This document shows, piece after piece, positions 10,313 through 20,302 of a stretch of DNA of 64,000 nt. Every line of letters begins with the position of its first letter. Within the stretch, counting starts at the first letter, position 1. The notes under the pieces are model-generated. The model searched no databases, was not told the DNA's origin, and saw only the letters and a list, made by a program, of their open reading frames with translations. The position numbers and the translations under genes were made by a program. The stretch covers positions 7,152 through 71,151 of the forward strand of contig CAIKXY010000004.1 in assembly GCA_903831595.1 (NCBI GenBank). Reading direction: 5' to 3'. The stretch is from an uncultured bacterium. Lineage in GTDB: Bacteria; Patescibacteriota; Minisyncoccia; Phycocordibacterales; GWA1-40-21.

Positions 10313-12232
10313 ATGAAAAACTTTACTAAAAAAATAATAATATTTACAAAATTACACAAGTTTTGGTCAGCTATAATTAGTATTGCAATAATTTTTGTAT
10401 TATATTTTTTATACACAATAATTTTCCCTGCAAGCACAACTGTTCAATATACTTTTAGTCGAGTAAAAAAGGGGGACTTAGTTATAAGCGTTGCTGGTTC
10501 TGGACAAGTTTCAACTCTTAGTAAAGTTTCTATCAAACCAAACACGACTGGCCAAACTCAAACGCTAGGTCAAATTATTTCTGTAAAAGTTCAAAATGGA
10601 GATTCTGTAAAAGCCGGACAAATTGTGGCTATTCTTGATGGGAAAAACGCTTTACAAACATTAAATCAGGCAAAAGCGAGCGTTACAAGCGCGCAGGCTA
10701 GTTACGATAAACTTGTTAATGGTCTCACCGATTTTCAATTATTATCACTAAATAATGCCTTAACATCTGCTCAAATATCATTAGATAATACTAAACAAAA
10801 TATTTTAATTAAACTAAAAAATGCATATACATTAGCAGCAAACAGTGTATATTTAAATACTGATCAATTTATTATTGATTCTTCGAGTAACAATCCGAAT
10901 ATTTTTGTCGAAGGAGTAAATTTTACAGATCAACAATTACAAAATAATGTTAACCAAGGTAGATATAATATTGGCTCTATTTTAGATAATTGGAAAAAAA
11001 TTATTGATTCTCAGTCAACTTCAGATAATTTGGTTTTAAATTTAAATACTGCAATATCAAATTTAAATGTTATTAGAAGTTACTTTGATGATATGACAAT
11101 GTTGTTTGGGGTGAATAGTGTTGGTTTAGATTTAGCTTCCCAATCAGCTATTGATTCTGATAAAAATTTATCAGCAAGTGCAAGAAGCGCGATGGATTCA
11201 TCAATTAGTGACTTAACTTCAGTACTTCAATCATATAATAGTGCTATATTTTCTCTACAACAAGCAAAAGATAATTTAGCAATCCAACAAAAACCACCTT
11301 TAGCAGATGATTTGGCCGTATCACAAGCCAACCTTGATAATGCAAAAGCAAATTTGTCTAACGCACAAACAGCTTATGATAGCAGAATTATTACTGCACC
11401 ATTTGATGGGCAAATTGGTGGGCTCACTGCAAGTATAGGACAACAAGTTTCATCATCAGACTCATTAGCCACACTTATTACTGCTGAAAAAGTTGTTAAT
11501 GTTACGCTTAATGAAGTTGATGCAGCAAAAGTATCTGCTGGAAATCCTGTAAATATAACTTTTGATTCACTACCAAACGTCTCACTTACTGGAAGCGTAA
11601 GTTACATTGACCCACTTGGCACAGTAACACAGGGAGTTGTTAGTTATTCTGTACAAATAAAAATGGATTCACAAAATGATCAAATTAAAACAGGAATGAC
11701 TGCAACTGTAAGTATAGTCACTACCACACACGCTAATACACTAATCATTCCAAATTCTGCAATAACTACTACTGGTGGCAAAAAATATGTTCTTGTGGCT
11801 GATACTTCTTCATCAACAATGCCAAACTTTAGTGGAAACTTTAACAATGGTTCATCAACAGACGCATTTAGTACTTCATCAAGAAGATATTTTGCTTCAT
11901 CTACTTTTGCATCTTCAGTGGGAACAAGCACAGGAAGACAGTTTAGAAATAGTGCAAGTAGTTCAAGATCATCCCAAGGAATTACAATGCAATTCCCAGT
12001 TACACAGGTTGAGATAACTACAGGTCTTTCAAACAATACAACCACTGAAGTACTTTCAGGACTAAATGAAGGACAATTGGTTGTTACAAAAAAGACAACG
12101 GTTAGTGGAACTACAACAAAAACAACAGCTTCGACTGCAACAACAAATACCAGGGGTGGATTTGGCGGAGGGTTTGGTGGCGGTGCAGCAGGTGCAGTGG
12201 GTGGACTCGGTAGAACTCTCGGCGGAAACTAA
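10313..12232 (+). CDS. HlyD/MacA-family periplasmic adaptor subunit with a long S/T/G-rich C-terminal tail
   Basis: N-terminal TM helix, coiled-coil hairpin region, and a lipoyl/beta-barrel motif (RIITAPFDGQIGGL). The C-terminal ~140 aa are low-complexity Ser/Thr/Gly and end in GGFGGGFGGG. Confidence 0.7.
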   Translation: MKNFTKKIIIFTKLHKFWSAIISIAIIFVLYFLYTIIFPASTTVQYTFSRVKKGDLVISVAGSGQVSTLSKVSIKPNTTGQTQTLGQIISVKVQNGDSVKAGQIVAILDGKNALQTLNQAKASVTSAQASYDKLVNGLTDFQLLSLNNALTSAQISLDNTKQNILIKLKNAYTLAANSVYLNTDQFIIDSSSNNPNIFVEGVNFTDQQLQNNVNQGRYNIGSILDNWKKIIDSQSTSDNLVLNLNTAISNLNVIRSYFDDMTMLFGVNSVGLDLASQSAIDSDKNLSASARSAMDSSISDLTSVLQSYNSAIFSLQQAKDNLAIQQKPPLADDLAVSQANLDNAKANLSNAQTAYDSRIITAPFDGQIGGLTASIGQQVSSSDSLATLITAEKVVNVTLNEVDAAKVSAGNPVNITFDSLPNVSLTGSVSYIDPLGTVTQGVVSYSVQIKMDSQNDQIKTGMTATVSIVTTTHANTLIIPNSAITTTGGKKYVLVADTSSSTMPNFSGNFNNGSSTDAFSTSSRRYFASSTFASSVGTSTGRQFRNSASSSRSSQGITMQFPVTQVEITTGLSNNTTTEVLSGLNEGQLVVTKKTTVSGTTTKTTASTATTNTRGGFGGGFGGGAAGAVGGLGRTLGGN

Positions 12233-12244
12233 AACACATTAAAG

Positions 12245-12946
12245 ATGATTGAATGCAAAAATATTAAAAAAACTTATATAAATGGGGAAGCAGAAACTCA
12301 AGCTCTTAAAGGTGTCACTTTCACAATTAAAGATGGGGAATTTGTCGCCATTATGGGTCCATCTGGTTCAGGTAAGTCAACGCTGATGCATATTCTTGGT
12401 GCTCTTGATACACCAACTGGTGGACAATATTTTCTTGATGGTGAAGATGTTTCAAAACTTACAGATGATGAACTTGCTGATATCCGAGGGAATAAAATAG
12501 GTTTTGTTTTTCAATCATTTAATCTTTTACCTAGGTCAGAAGTCATACGAAATGTAATTTTACCTTTAGTATATTTAAAAGTTCCACCAGAGGAAAGAGA
12601 AAAAAGAGCAAAAGAGGCATTAGCATCTGCTGGCCTTGAAGAAAATAGATGGCATCATCTTTCAAATCAGCTTTCCGGAGGGCAAATTCAACGTGTTGCC
12701 ATAGCGCGTGCGCTTGTAAATGACCCTTCACTTATTATGGCGGACGAACCAACTGGAAATCTTGATACGAGAACTGGTGAAATTGTTTTGAAAACATTTC
12801 AAGATTTAAATAAAAAAGAAGGACACACAATTATTCTTATTACGCATGAACTCGACGTTGCAGAACACGCCGACAGAATTATTCATATCAGAGATGGATT
12901 AATTGTAAGTGATGAGATAAATAAAAATAAAAGAATTGTAAATTAA
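12245..12946 (+). CDS. MacB/LolD-type ABC transporter ATP-binding protein
   Basis: Walker A GPSGSGKST, signature LSGGQIQRVAIARAL, Walker B IMADEPT. Confidence 0.85.
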   Translation: MIECKNIKKTYINGEAETQALKGVTFTIKDGEFVAIMGPSGSGKSTLMHILGALDTPTGGQYFLDGEDVSKLTDDELADIRGNKIGFVFQSFNLLPRSEVIRNVILPLVYLKVPPEEREKRAKEALASAGLEENRWHHLSNQLSGGQIQRVAIARALVNDPSLIMADEPTGNLDTRTGEIVLKTFQDLNKKEGHTIILITHELDVAEHADRIIHIRDGLIVSDEINKNKRIVN

Positions 12947-12950
12947 ACGT

Positions 12951-14174
12951 ATGACAATAAATGATATTTTAAAAGAAACTTCATCAGGATTATTATCGAA
13001 CAAAGTTCGTACAGGCCTTACTATGCTTGGTATTGTCATTGGTATTGCTTCTGTAATTGCTATGCTTGGTATTGGTAATGGCGCAACAAATTCTATTCAA
13101 GCAAGAATTGAATCTATTGGTGCAAACCTTGTTGTCATTTCTCCTGGAGCTCCGAGCACACCTGGAAGCCAGGTTAGAGCAAGTAGAGGTTCAGCAAACA
13201 CATTAACTATGGCTGATGTTGCAGCGCTAGAAAGTGGAATCACAAGTGCAAAAGCAGTTGCGCCGTCTGTCACATCAAGGTTACAAGTTGTGGCTGGGGG
13301 CATGAATACTAACACTTCTATTATTGGAACTACGCCAGCTTATACAGACATAAGAGATGTTAAGATTGACTCAGGAACTTTTTTTTCTGAAGACCAAGTT
13401 ACACAACTTGCAAGAGTTGCAGTATTAGGACCAACTACGAGAGATGATTTGTTTGGTACAGGTGTTGATACCATCGGCCAAAGTATAAGAATAAATGGAA
13501 ATATTTTTACAGTGATAGGGATAACTGTGGCAAAAGGCGGCTCAGGTGGAAATAGCACAGATGATGTTGTTTATATTCCAATTACAGTCGCTCAACAATT
13601 TTTCACCGGTAATCAATATGTTTCTTCTATAAATATTTCCGCACAAACTTCTGACCTTGTTACTGATGTTCAAAATCAGGCAACAGATATTTTACTTGCA
13701 AGACATAATATTACAGACCCAACAAAAGCAGATTTTAGCACAATGAATCAGTCAGATATGCTTGCAACTGCCTCTTCTATCACAGGGACTATGACAGCAC
13801 TTTTAGCTGCCATAGCTGGCATATCTTTACTCGTCGGAGGAATTGGTATTATGAATATGATGCTCACAACCGTGACAGAAAGGACACGGGAAATTGGTTT
13901 GAGAAAAGCTGTTGGTGCAAAAAAAAGAGATATCAGAGTACAATTTTTAACAGAATCAGTAATGCTGACAGCTATCGGTGGAATAATTGGGATTATTTTT
14001 GGTATTGGTATTGCCTGGGTAATAACTCTGACAGGGCTTCTTACTGCACAAGTCTCAGTAATGTCTGTGATATTATCTTTCGGGGTTTCAGCAATAATTG
14101 GGATTATTTTTGGATATTATCCAGCGGCACGAGCTTCAGATTTAAATCCTATTGATGCATTAAGGTATGAATAA
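12951..14174 (+). CDS. ABC transporter permease, FtsX-like/MacB transmembrane domain
   Basis: N-terminal TM helix, a large periplasmic domain, and a C-terminal FtsX-type 3-TM bundle (TRTREIGLRKAVGAKKRDI). Confidence 0.8.
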   Translation: MTINDILKETSSGLLSNKVRTGLTMLGIVIGIASVIAMLGIGNGATNSIQARIESIGANLVVISPGAPSTPGSQVRASRGSANTLTMADVAALESGITSAKAVAPSVTSRLQVVAGGMNTNTSIIGTTPAYTDIRDVKIDSGTFFSEDQVTQLARVAVLGPTTRDDLFGTGVDTIGQSIRINGNIFTVIGITVAKGGSGGNSTDDVVYIPITVAQQFFTGNQYVSSINISAQTSDLVTDVQNQATDILLARHNITDPTKADFSTMNQSDMLATASSITGTMTALLAAIAGISLLVGGIGIMNMMLTTVTERTREIGLRKAVGAKKRDIRVQFLTESVMLTAIGGIIGIIFGIGIAWVITLTGLLTAQVSVMSVILSFGVSAIIGIIFGYYPAARASDLNPIDALRYE

Positions 14175-14213
14175 CGCTAGCAAAATATTTGTAATATCTA
14201 TATAATTACAAAT

Positions 14214-14597
14214 ATGAATGATAATAAAATTACAAAAAAATTTTCAATAATTCAGAGAGCAAAAAGTTTTGTTCATGCGGGGAGGGGGTTATATGTTTTT
14301 TTTAAATCAACACATAACGCTTGGGTGCATGTTTGTATTTTTCTACTCATAATAATTGCTTCAATATTTTTTAAAATTACAAAAACTGAATGGATTTTAG
14401 TGTTGATTGTTTCTTCGATTGTTTTTATTTCAGAGGCATTTAACACTGCAATAGAAATTGACATGGATTTAACGTCTCCAACCTATCATCCATACGCAAA
14501 AGACACAAAAGATGTGGCTGCGGGTGCTGTACTATTAGCTTCGGTATTGGCTGTTGTTGTGGGTTTAATAATTTTTGTTCCATACGTATTTAACTAG
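14214..14597 (+). CDS. dgkA: diacylglycerol kinase/undecaprenol kinase family protein
   Basis: 127 aa with three TM helices. Conserved EAFNTAIE and AKD..AGAVLLA motifs. Confidence 0.7.
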   Translation: MNDNKITKKFSIIQRAKSFVHAGRGLYVFFKSTHNAWVHVCIFLLIIIASIFFKITKTEWILVLIVSSIVFISEAFNTAIEIDMDLTSPTYHPYAKDTKDVAAGAVLLASVLAVVVGLIIFVPYVFN

Positions 14598-14621
14598 TTA
14601 TCATTGAAAATATATAATAAC

Positions 14622-14650
14622 TTGACAGTCTTTCATATATAGACTATAAT
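14622..14650 (+). promoter_or_regulatory. near-consensus sigma70 promoter (TTGACA-17-TATAAT) upstream of the RRM protein gene, with a ~95-nt leader
   Basis: TTGACA at 14622-14627, a 17-nt spacer, and TATAAT at 14645-14650. Confidence 0.5.
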
Positions 14651-14748
14651 TGTTGCAATTAAGAAGTAAGTTGATTTTTGTAAGGATTAGTCGTCTTTCG
14701 TTTCAAGTGATATCTTAAGGTTTATTAAGTGCGAGTAATATATAAAGA

Positions 14749-15015
14749 ATGAAGAAATTATATGTAGGTGGTGTTTCTTATAGCACTACAGAGCAAGGTT
14801 TATCAGACGCTTTTTCTAAAGCAGGAGAAGTTGCATCAGTTGCTATCATCATGGACAAAATGACAGGTAGATCAAAAGGATTCGGATTTGTTGAAATGAC
14901 AACCGAGGAAGGTGCAAAAGCAGCTATAGAAATGTGGAATGGTAAAGAACTTGATGGTAGAAAATTGACCGTCAACGAAGCAAGACCAAGAGAAGAAAGA
15001 CCAGCAAGATACTAA
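14749..15015 (+). CDS. RNA-binding protein with RRM domain
   Basis: RNP-2 (LYVGGV) and RNP-1 (KGFGFVEM) motifs. 88 aa. Confidence 0.85.
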   Translation: MKKLYVGGVSYSTTEQGLSDAFSKAGEVASVAIIMDKMTGRSKGFGFVEMTTEEGAKAAIEMWNGKELDGRKLTVNEARPREERPARY

Positions 15016-15034
15016 TCTCAAAAACTTCAAAAAA

Positions 15035-15063
15035 AGACCCGCTAACTGTGGGTCTTTTTGTTT
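15035..15063 (+). terminator. rho-independent terminator
   Basis: AGACCC-gctaactgt-GGGTCT hairpin followed by a T-run. Confidence 0.7.
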
Positions 15064-15081
15064 GCATAAAAATTTTGTATA

Positions 15082-15546
15082 ATGAGTTTAATGAAAAATA
15101 AAGTAAGTATAATTTTAATTTGCATTTTAGTTGTAATGGGAATTTGTTTTTTATATTTGTATCAAAAAAACTGCAATAATAATTTGCCAAATTCTATAAA
15201 TGGAAATGGTGTAATAGTCGGTGGTGACAGAGATGTTCATGGATGTATTGGAAGTGCTGGATATTCTTGGTGCCAAATTAAAAATAAATGTCTAAGAATT
15301 TGGGAGGAGAAATGCGACTCGATTGTAGTAAGTCCAGCAACAACCACTAAAAATATAGAGAGCTTATGCCAACAGAAAAATGGTTTATATTTTCCTACTG
15401 AGAAGATATGTGAGGTAAATCAGCTATCAAAAACACAATGTTTATCTCAAAATGGCCAATTTAATGAGTGTGCGTCTGCTTGTAGACATGATCCGAAGGC
15501 TGAAATATGCACTATGCAGTGTGTCTTAACCTGTACATTTAAATAA
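15082..15546 (+). CDS. small secreted/membrane-anchored cysteine-rich protein
   Basis: N-terminal TM or signal peptide, then a domain with about 14 Cys residues. No recognised family. Confidence 0.4.
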   Translation: MSLMKNKVSIILICILVVMGICFLYLYQKNCNNNLPNSINGNGVIVGGDRDVHGCIGSAGYSWCQIKNKCLRIWEEKCDSIVVSPATTTKNIESLCQQKNGLYFPTEKICEVNQLSKTQCLSQNGQFNECASACRHDPKAEICTMQCVLTCTFK

Positions 15547-15547
15547 T

Positions 15548-16762
15548 ATGTATAAACCATCAAAAAAGATTTTAGAAAATTATGCAAATGTATTGGTAAA
15601 TTTTGCACTCGGTAGAGGAAAGGGAATTAAGAAAGGCGATGTCGTCCATCTTGTTGTGGATGAAATTGCAAAACCATTATATATCGAATTAAGAAAAGCA
15701 ATATGGAAAGCTGGTGGCCATGTTATTTCAGATTATCGTCCATCAAATGATACTGAATACAACATAGATCAAGATTTTTATCTTCACACAGAGGGCCATC
15801 AGATTGAATTTTTTCCTTCGAAATATTTAAAAGGAATTGTTGATGAGGTAGATCATTCTCTGCATATTCTTAGTGATACAGATTTAAAATCATTACAAAA
15901 TATTGATTCAAAAAAAATTATTACAAGAACTAAAATATTCAAACCTTACAAAGAATGGCGAAATCAAAAAGAGAATGCAGGAAAATTTACTTGGACAATC
16001 GCTTTGTATGGTACGGAGGCTTTAGCTAAAGAAGCTAGAATGTCTGAAAAGGAATACTGGAAGCAAATTATTAATGCGTGTTTTTTGAATGAAAAGAATC
16101 CAATTAAAAAATGGAGGTATATAGCAAATAATATAAAAAAATATATAAAAAAACTGAATAATCTACAAATTGAAAAAGTGCATATCAAAGGGGATGATGT
16201 TGATTTATATATTACAATTGGAGAAAAAAGACAGTGGCTTGGAGGACGTGGGGCAAATATTCCAAGTTTTGAGATTTTCACTTCTCCCGATTGGAGAGGC
16301 ACAAATGGTTTTATAAAATTTAATCAACCACTTTATACAAATGGAAATCTTATAGAAGGAATTGAACTTGAATTTAAAGACGGAATAGTTGTAAGAAGTA
16401 AAGCAAAGAAAAACGAAAAACTATTAAAAGAAATTATTTCCACTGAAGGTGCAAATATGATTGGAGAATTTTCTATGACAGACAAAAGATTCTCTAAAAT
16501 AACAAAGTTTATGGCAGAAACGCTTTACGATGAAAATGTTGGTGGTAAATATGGAAATTGTCACATTGCCATTGGTAGCTCATACCATGAATGTTTTAAA
16601 GGTAATTTAAGTAAAATTTCTAAAAATGCATTGAAAAACCTAGGTTTTAACGAGTCAATTATACATTCTGACATAATAACGACGACTGACAGAACCATAA
16701 CTGCATACCTAAAACATGGAAAAAAGACTGTTATTTTTAAAAATGGCCAGTTTTGCATATAA
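15548..16762 (+). CDS. aminopeptidase, M29 (AmpS/PepS) family
   Basis: 404 aa. N-terminal region and overall length match the thermophilic metalloprotease M29 family. Confidence 0.65.
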   Translation: MYKPSKKILENYANVLVNFALGRGKGIKKGDVVHLVVDEIAKPLYIELRKAIWKAGGHVISDYRPSNDTEYNIDQDFYLHTEGHQIEFFPSKYLKGIVDEVDHSLHILSDTDLKSLQNIDSKKIITRTKIFKPYKEWRNQKENAGKFTWTIALYGTEALAKEARMSEKEYWKQIINACFLNEKNPIKKWRYIANNIKKYIKKLNNLQIEKVHIKGDDVDLYITIGEKRQWLGGRGANIPSFEIFTSPDWRGTNGFIKFNQPLYTNGNLIEGIELEFKDGIVVRSKAKKNEKLLKEIISTEGANMIGEFSMTDKRFSKITKFMAETLYDENVGGKYGNCHIAIGSSYHECFKGNLSKISKNALKNLGFNESIIHSDIITTTDRTITAYLKHGKKTVIFKNGQFCI

Positions 16763-16768
16763 ATAGGC

Positions 16769-16797
16769 TTGACTCTCAAACGATAATAGATTATATT
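16769..16797 (+). promoter_or_regulatory. candidate sigma70 promoter (TTGACT-17-TATATT) starting a ~260-nt leader ahead of rpoB
   Basis: TTGACT at 16769-16774 and TATATT at 16792-16797. Confidence 0.4.
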
Positions 16798-17056
16798 ATG
16801 AGTAACTTTAAATAGAATGTGTTGCGGGCGTAAAGTGCCATATTAGGCTAGGTTAAGTTGCTAAAAATCTTGCTTAGAAAAATAAGATAAAATTTAAGAG
16901 GAATAAAGAAACCTTTGTGGATAGGGTTGTCTTTTTTTTATTAAATTTTTGGTCAGGTTATAAACATTTAAACTTGACAATCGCAATTATTTTTTTGTGC
17001 GAGAAACAACTTCTTCAGTTTAATTTTATTAATTATTATTAATTTTAAATAACAGA

Positions 17057-20000
17057 ATGAAAAAACCCGCAAATATTTTGGCAGATGGAGTACTCGGAGG
17101 TGAACTGAAAAAAAAATATTTCAGTAAATACAAAAAGCCTCTTATAGATATGCCAAATTTGGTAGACCACCAAATGAAGTCATACAAATGGCTTTTGAAA
17201 GAAGGTATTGGTGAAATTTTTAAAGAATTTTCTCCAATTAAAGATTACGCTGACAAAAAGTTTGAATTGTCTTTTACAGGATTTGAAGTAAGTCCTGCAA
17301 AGTATGACGAGTTTCAATCAAAAGAAAAGAAAATTTCTTACGAAGGTCAACTCAAAGCAAAAGTTAAACTAAAGAATAAAACCGTTGCTTCTGAAAATGA
17401 ACAAGAAATATTCTTGTCAGAAATTCCACTTATGACAGACCACGGCACCTTTATTATAAACGGTGTTGAAAGAGTTGTTATTCCACAACTCGCAAGATCT
17501 TATGGTATCTTTTTTACATTAAATGATTCCAAAGGTAAGAACTTGTTTGGTGCCAAAATACTACCATCAAGAGGAGCTTGGATTGAAATTGAATCAGAAT
17601 CAGACGGTGCTATATATGTAAAAATCGATAAGAAGAGAAAATTTGCGATTTCCTCACTTCTTAGAGTTTTTGGTGCAAAAACAGATAAAGAAATTTGTGC
17701 ACTATTTAAAGACAATGAAGAATATCTAAAAGTTATTGAAACAACCATTCTAAAAGATCATGCCAAAACACAAGATGATTCTTATATAGAAATTTATAAA
17801 AGATTGAGAGACGGAGACCTAGCTGCACTTGAAAACGCAAAAGAATATGTTAACTCAATTTTTAATGCAGACAGATACGATATTTCAAAAGTTGGTAGAG
17901 CAAAATTCAACAAGAGATTTAATTTACCTATGGATGAAAAAACTCTTGAGAAAAAACATATTACTTTGGAAGATTTAGTTATTGTTGCAAAGAAAATTGT
18001 TGATTTGAACAACGACCCAGAAGCTCATGAAGATGATATCGACCACTTAGGTTCAAGAAGAGTTCGTTTCGTAGGAGAACTTCTTCAACAAAAAGTCCGT
18101 GTTGGTATGGCACAAATGAAAAGAAACATTCAAGACAGAATGTCTACTGTAGACCCTGACATAAAAATGCCAGTGCAGTTTATTTCTGCAAGACCACTTC
18201 AAGCAAGAATTAAAGAGTTTTTTGCTACCGGCCAAATGTCTCAGTTTATGCAACAGACAAACATTCTTGAAGAGCTTGAACACTTGAGAACTTTATCAGC
18301 TCTAGGTCCTGGAGGTTTAACAAGAGAAAGAGCAGGATTTGAAGTCCGCGACGTACACCCATCACACTATGGAAGAGTTTGTCCTATTCACACGCCAGAA
18401 GGTCAGAACATCGGTCTTATTTTGAGACTTTCAACATATGCAAAAATAAATGATTTTGGAATGATTGAAACTCCATATGCAAAAGTAAAAAATGGAGTTA
18501 TAACAAATGAAATAAAATATTTTAACGCAGTTGAAGAAGAAAACCATAAAATTGCTCACGGTGCTACCGCATATGATGACAACGGGAAAATTACTGAGAA
18601 AGAAGTTGAGGTACGTGTAAACGGTGAACCAAAACTTGTTAAAAGAGAAGAGGTGGACCTTATAGACGTTTCCGCAAATCAAGCATTTTCTGTTGCAACA
18701 TCTATGATGCCATTCTTAAACCACGACGATGCATCAAGAGCTTTGATGGGAACAAACATGCAAAAACAAGCTGTCCCTTGTATTATTCCAGAAGCACCAC
18801 TTGTCGCTACTGGTATTGAAGCAACAGCTGCTAGATATACAGGTAGAGTTGTTTATTCTGAAGAAGAAGGAACAGTTACTGCAGTTGACGCACAAAAAAT
18901 AATTGTTAAATCTTCTAAGACAGGAAAAGAAAAAGAATATAGATTAATTTCATTTTCAAGAACAAACGGATTTACTCCATTCCACCAGAGACCAAGTGTT
19001 ACTTTAGGACAAAAAGTTAAGAAAAATGAATTGCTAGCTGACACCTCATCTACAGTAAATGGGGAAATGGCTATCGGTCAAAACGCACTTGTCGCATTTA
19101 TGACTTGGAGCGGTTCAAACTATGAAGACGCAATTATTCTTTCTGAAAGATTGGTAAAAAATAGCAAATTCTCATCAGTTCACATTGAACCATTCGTAGT
19201 AAATGTTCGCGATACAAAACTTGGACCAGAAATTACTACTCATGATATTCCAAATGTTGGAGAAACGAAATTAAAAAATCTTGATGAAGATGGAATCATT
19301 AGAATTGGAGCAGAAGTTGGTCCAGGAGATATTCTTGTAGGTAAAATTACACCAAAAGGAGAAACACAACTTACACCAGAAGAAAGACTTCTAAGATCAA
19401 TCTTCGGTGAAAAAGCTCGTGATGTAAAAGATACTTCAAAGAGGCTTGAGTCTGGAAAGAGAGGAAGAGTCATTTCAGTAAAAATATTCTCAAGAGAAAA
19501 TGGAGACAAGCTTGAATCAAGTATCATAAAGAGTATCCACATTGAAATTGCACAATTAAGAAATATTTCTGTTGGAGACAAACTTGCAGGAAGACACGGA
19601 AACAAAGGTGTCATCTCAAGAATATTACCAGTTGAAGATATGCCATACATGGCAGACGGTACACCTGTTGACGTAATTCTTACACCACTTGGAGTTCCAA
19701 GCCGTATGAACCTTGGACAGATTCTTGAACTTCACCTGGGACTTGCCGCAAATACATTAAATTATCAGGCAATTGTTCCTCCATTTATGGGAGCATCCGA
19801 TAAAGAAATTAAGGAAGAATTAGTCAAAGCCGGATACAACGAAAACGGAAAGATGAAACTCTTTGATGGAAGAAATGGCTTGGCATTCGAACAAGACATT
19901 GCTGTCGGTTATATGTATATCTTGAAACTTCACCACGAAGTTGAAGATAAGATTCACATGAGATCTATTGGACCTTACTCAATGATTACTCAGCAACCTT

Positions 20001-20272
20001 TAGGAGGAAGAGCACAAGGAGGAGGACAGAGATTTGGAGAAATGGAGGTGTGGGCACTTCTTGGTTACGGCGCTGCATACACACTTCGTGAAATGCTTAC
20101 AATAAAATCTGACGATATTATAGGAAGATCATCAGCATTCGATTCTATTGTTAAAGGAGAGAGAATTAAATCACCAAACTTGCCAGCATCATTCAACGTA
20201 TTATTAAACAGCTTGAGAGGTCTTGCACTTAACGTCGAACTCAAGAATGAGAAATTAGAAGATGAAAGATAA
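17057..20272 (+). CDS. rpoB: DNA-directed RNA polymerase subunit beta
   Basis: 1,071 aa with highly conserved beta-subunit motifs. Confidence 0.95.
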   Translation: MKKPANILADGVLGGELKKKYFSKYKKPLIDMPNLVDHQMKSYKWLLKEGIGEIFKEFSPIKDYADKKFELSFTGFEVSPAKYDEFQSKEKKISYEGQLKAKVKLKNKTVASENEQEIFLSEIPLMTDHGTFIINGVERVVIPQLARSYGIFFTLNDSKGKNLFGAKILPSRGAWIEIESESDGAIYVKIDKKRKFAISSLLRVFGAKTDKEICALFKDNEEYLKVIETTILKDHAKTQDDSYIEIYKRLRDGDLAALENAKEYVNSIFNADRYDISKVGRAKFNKRFNLPMDEKTLEKKHITLEDLVIVAKKIVDLNNDPEAHEDDIDHLGSRRVRFVGELLQQKVRVGMAQMKRNIQDRMSTVDPDIKMPVQFISARPLQARIKEFFATGQMSQFMQQTNILEELEHLRTLSALGPGGLTRERAGFEVRDVHPSHYGRVCPIHTPEGQNIGLILRLSTYAKINDFGMIETPYAKVKNGVITNEIKYFNAVEEENHKIAHGATAYDDNGKITEKEVEVRVNGEPKLVKREEVDLIDVSANQAFSVATSMMPFLNHDDASRALMGTNMQKQAVPCIIPEAPLVATGIEATAARYTGRVVYSEEEGTVTAVDAQKIIVKSSKTGKEKEYRLISFSRTNGFTPFHQRPSVTLGQKVKKNELLADTSSTVNGEMAIGQNALVAFMTWSGSNYEDAIILSERLVKNSKFSSVHIEPFVVNVRDTKLGPEITTHDIPNVGETKLKNLDEDGIIRIGAEVGPGDILVGKITPKGETQLTPEERLLRSIFGEKARDVKDTSKRLESGKRGRVISVKIFSRENGDKLESSIIKSIHIEIAQLRNISVGDKLAGRHGNKGVISRILPVEDMPYMADGTPVDVILTPLGVPSRMNLGQILELHLGLAANTLNYQAIVPPFMGASDKEIKEELVKAGYNENGKMKLFDGRNGLAFEQDIAVGYMYILKLHHEVEDKIHMRSIGPYSMITQQPLGGRAQGGGQRFGEMEVWALLGYGAAYTLREMLTIKSDDIIGRSSAFDSIVKGERIKSPNLPASFNVLLNSLRGLALNVELKNEKLEDER

Positions 20273-20302
20273 TCTGATAAAAATAACTAACAAAACAAAC
20301 AT

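Noticed and set aside
11680-12045. ORFs on both strands within the 3' end of the HlyD-family gene
   Set aside because: They are low-complexity (S/T/G/Q-rich) reading-frame artefacts of the adaptor's repetitive tail.
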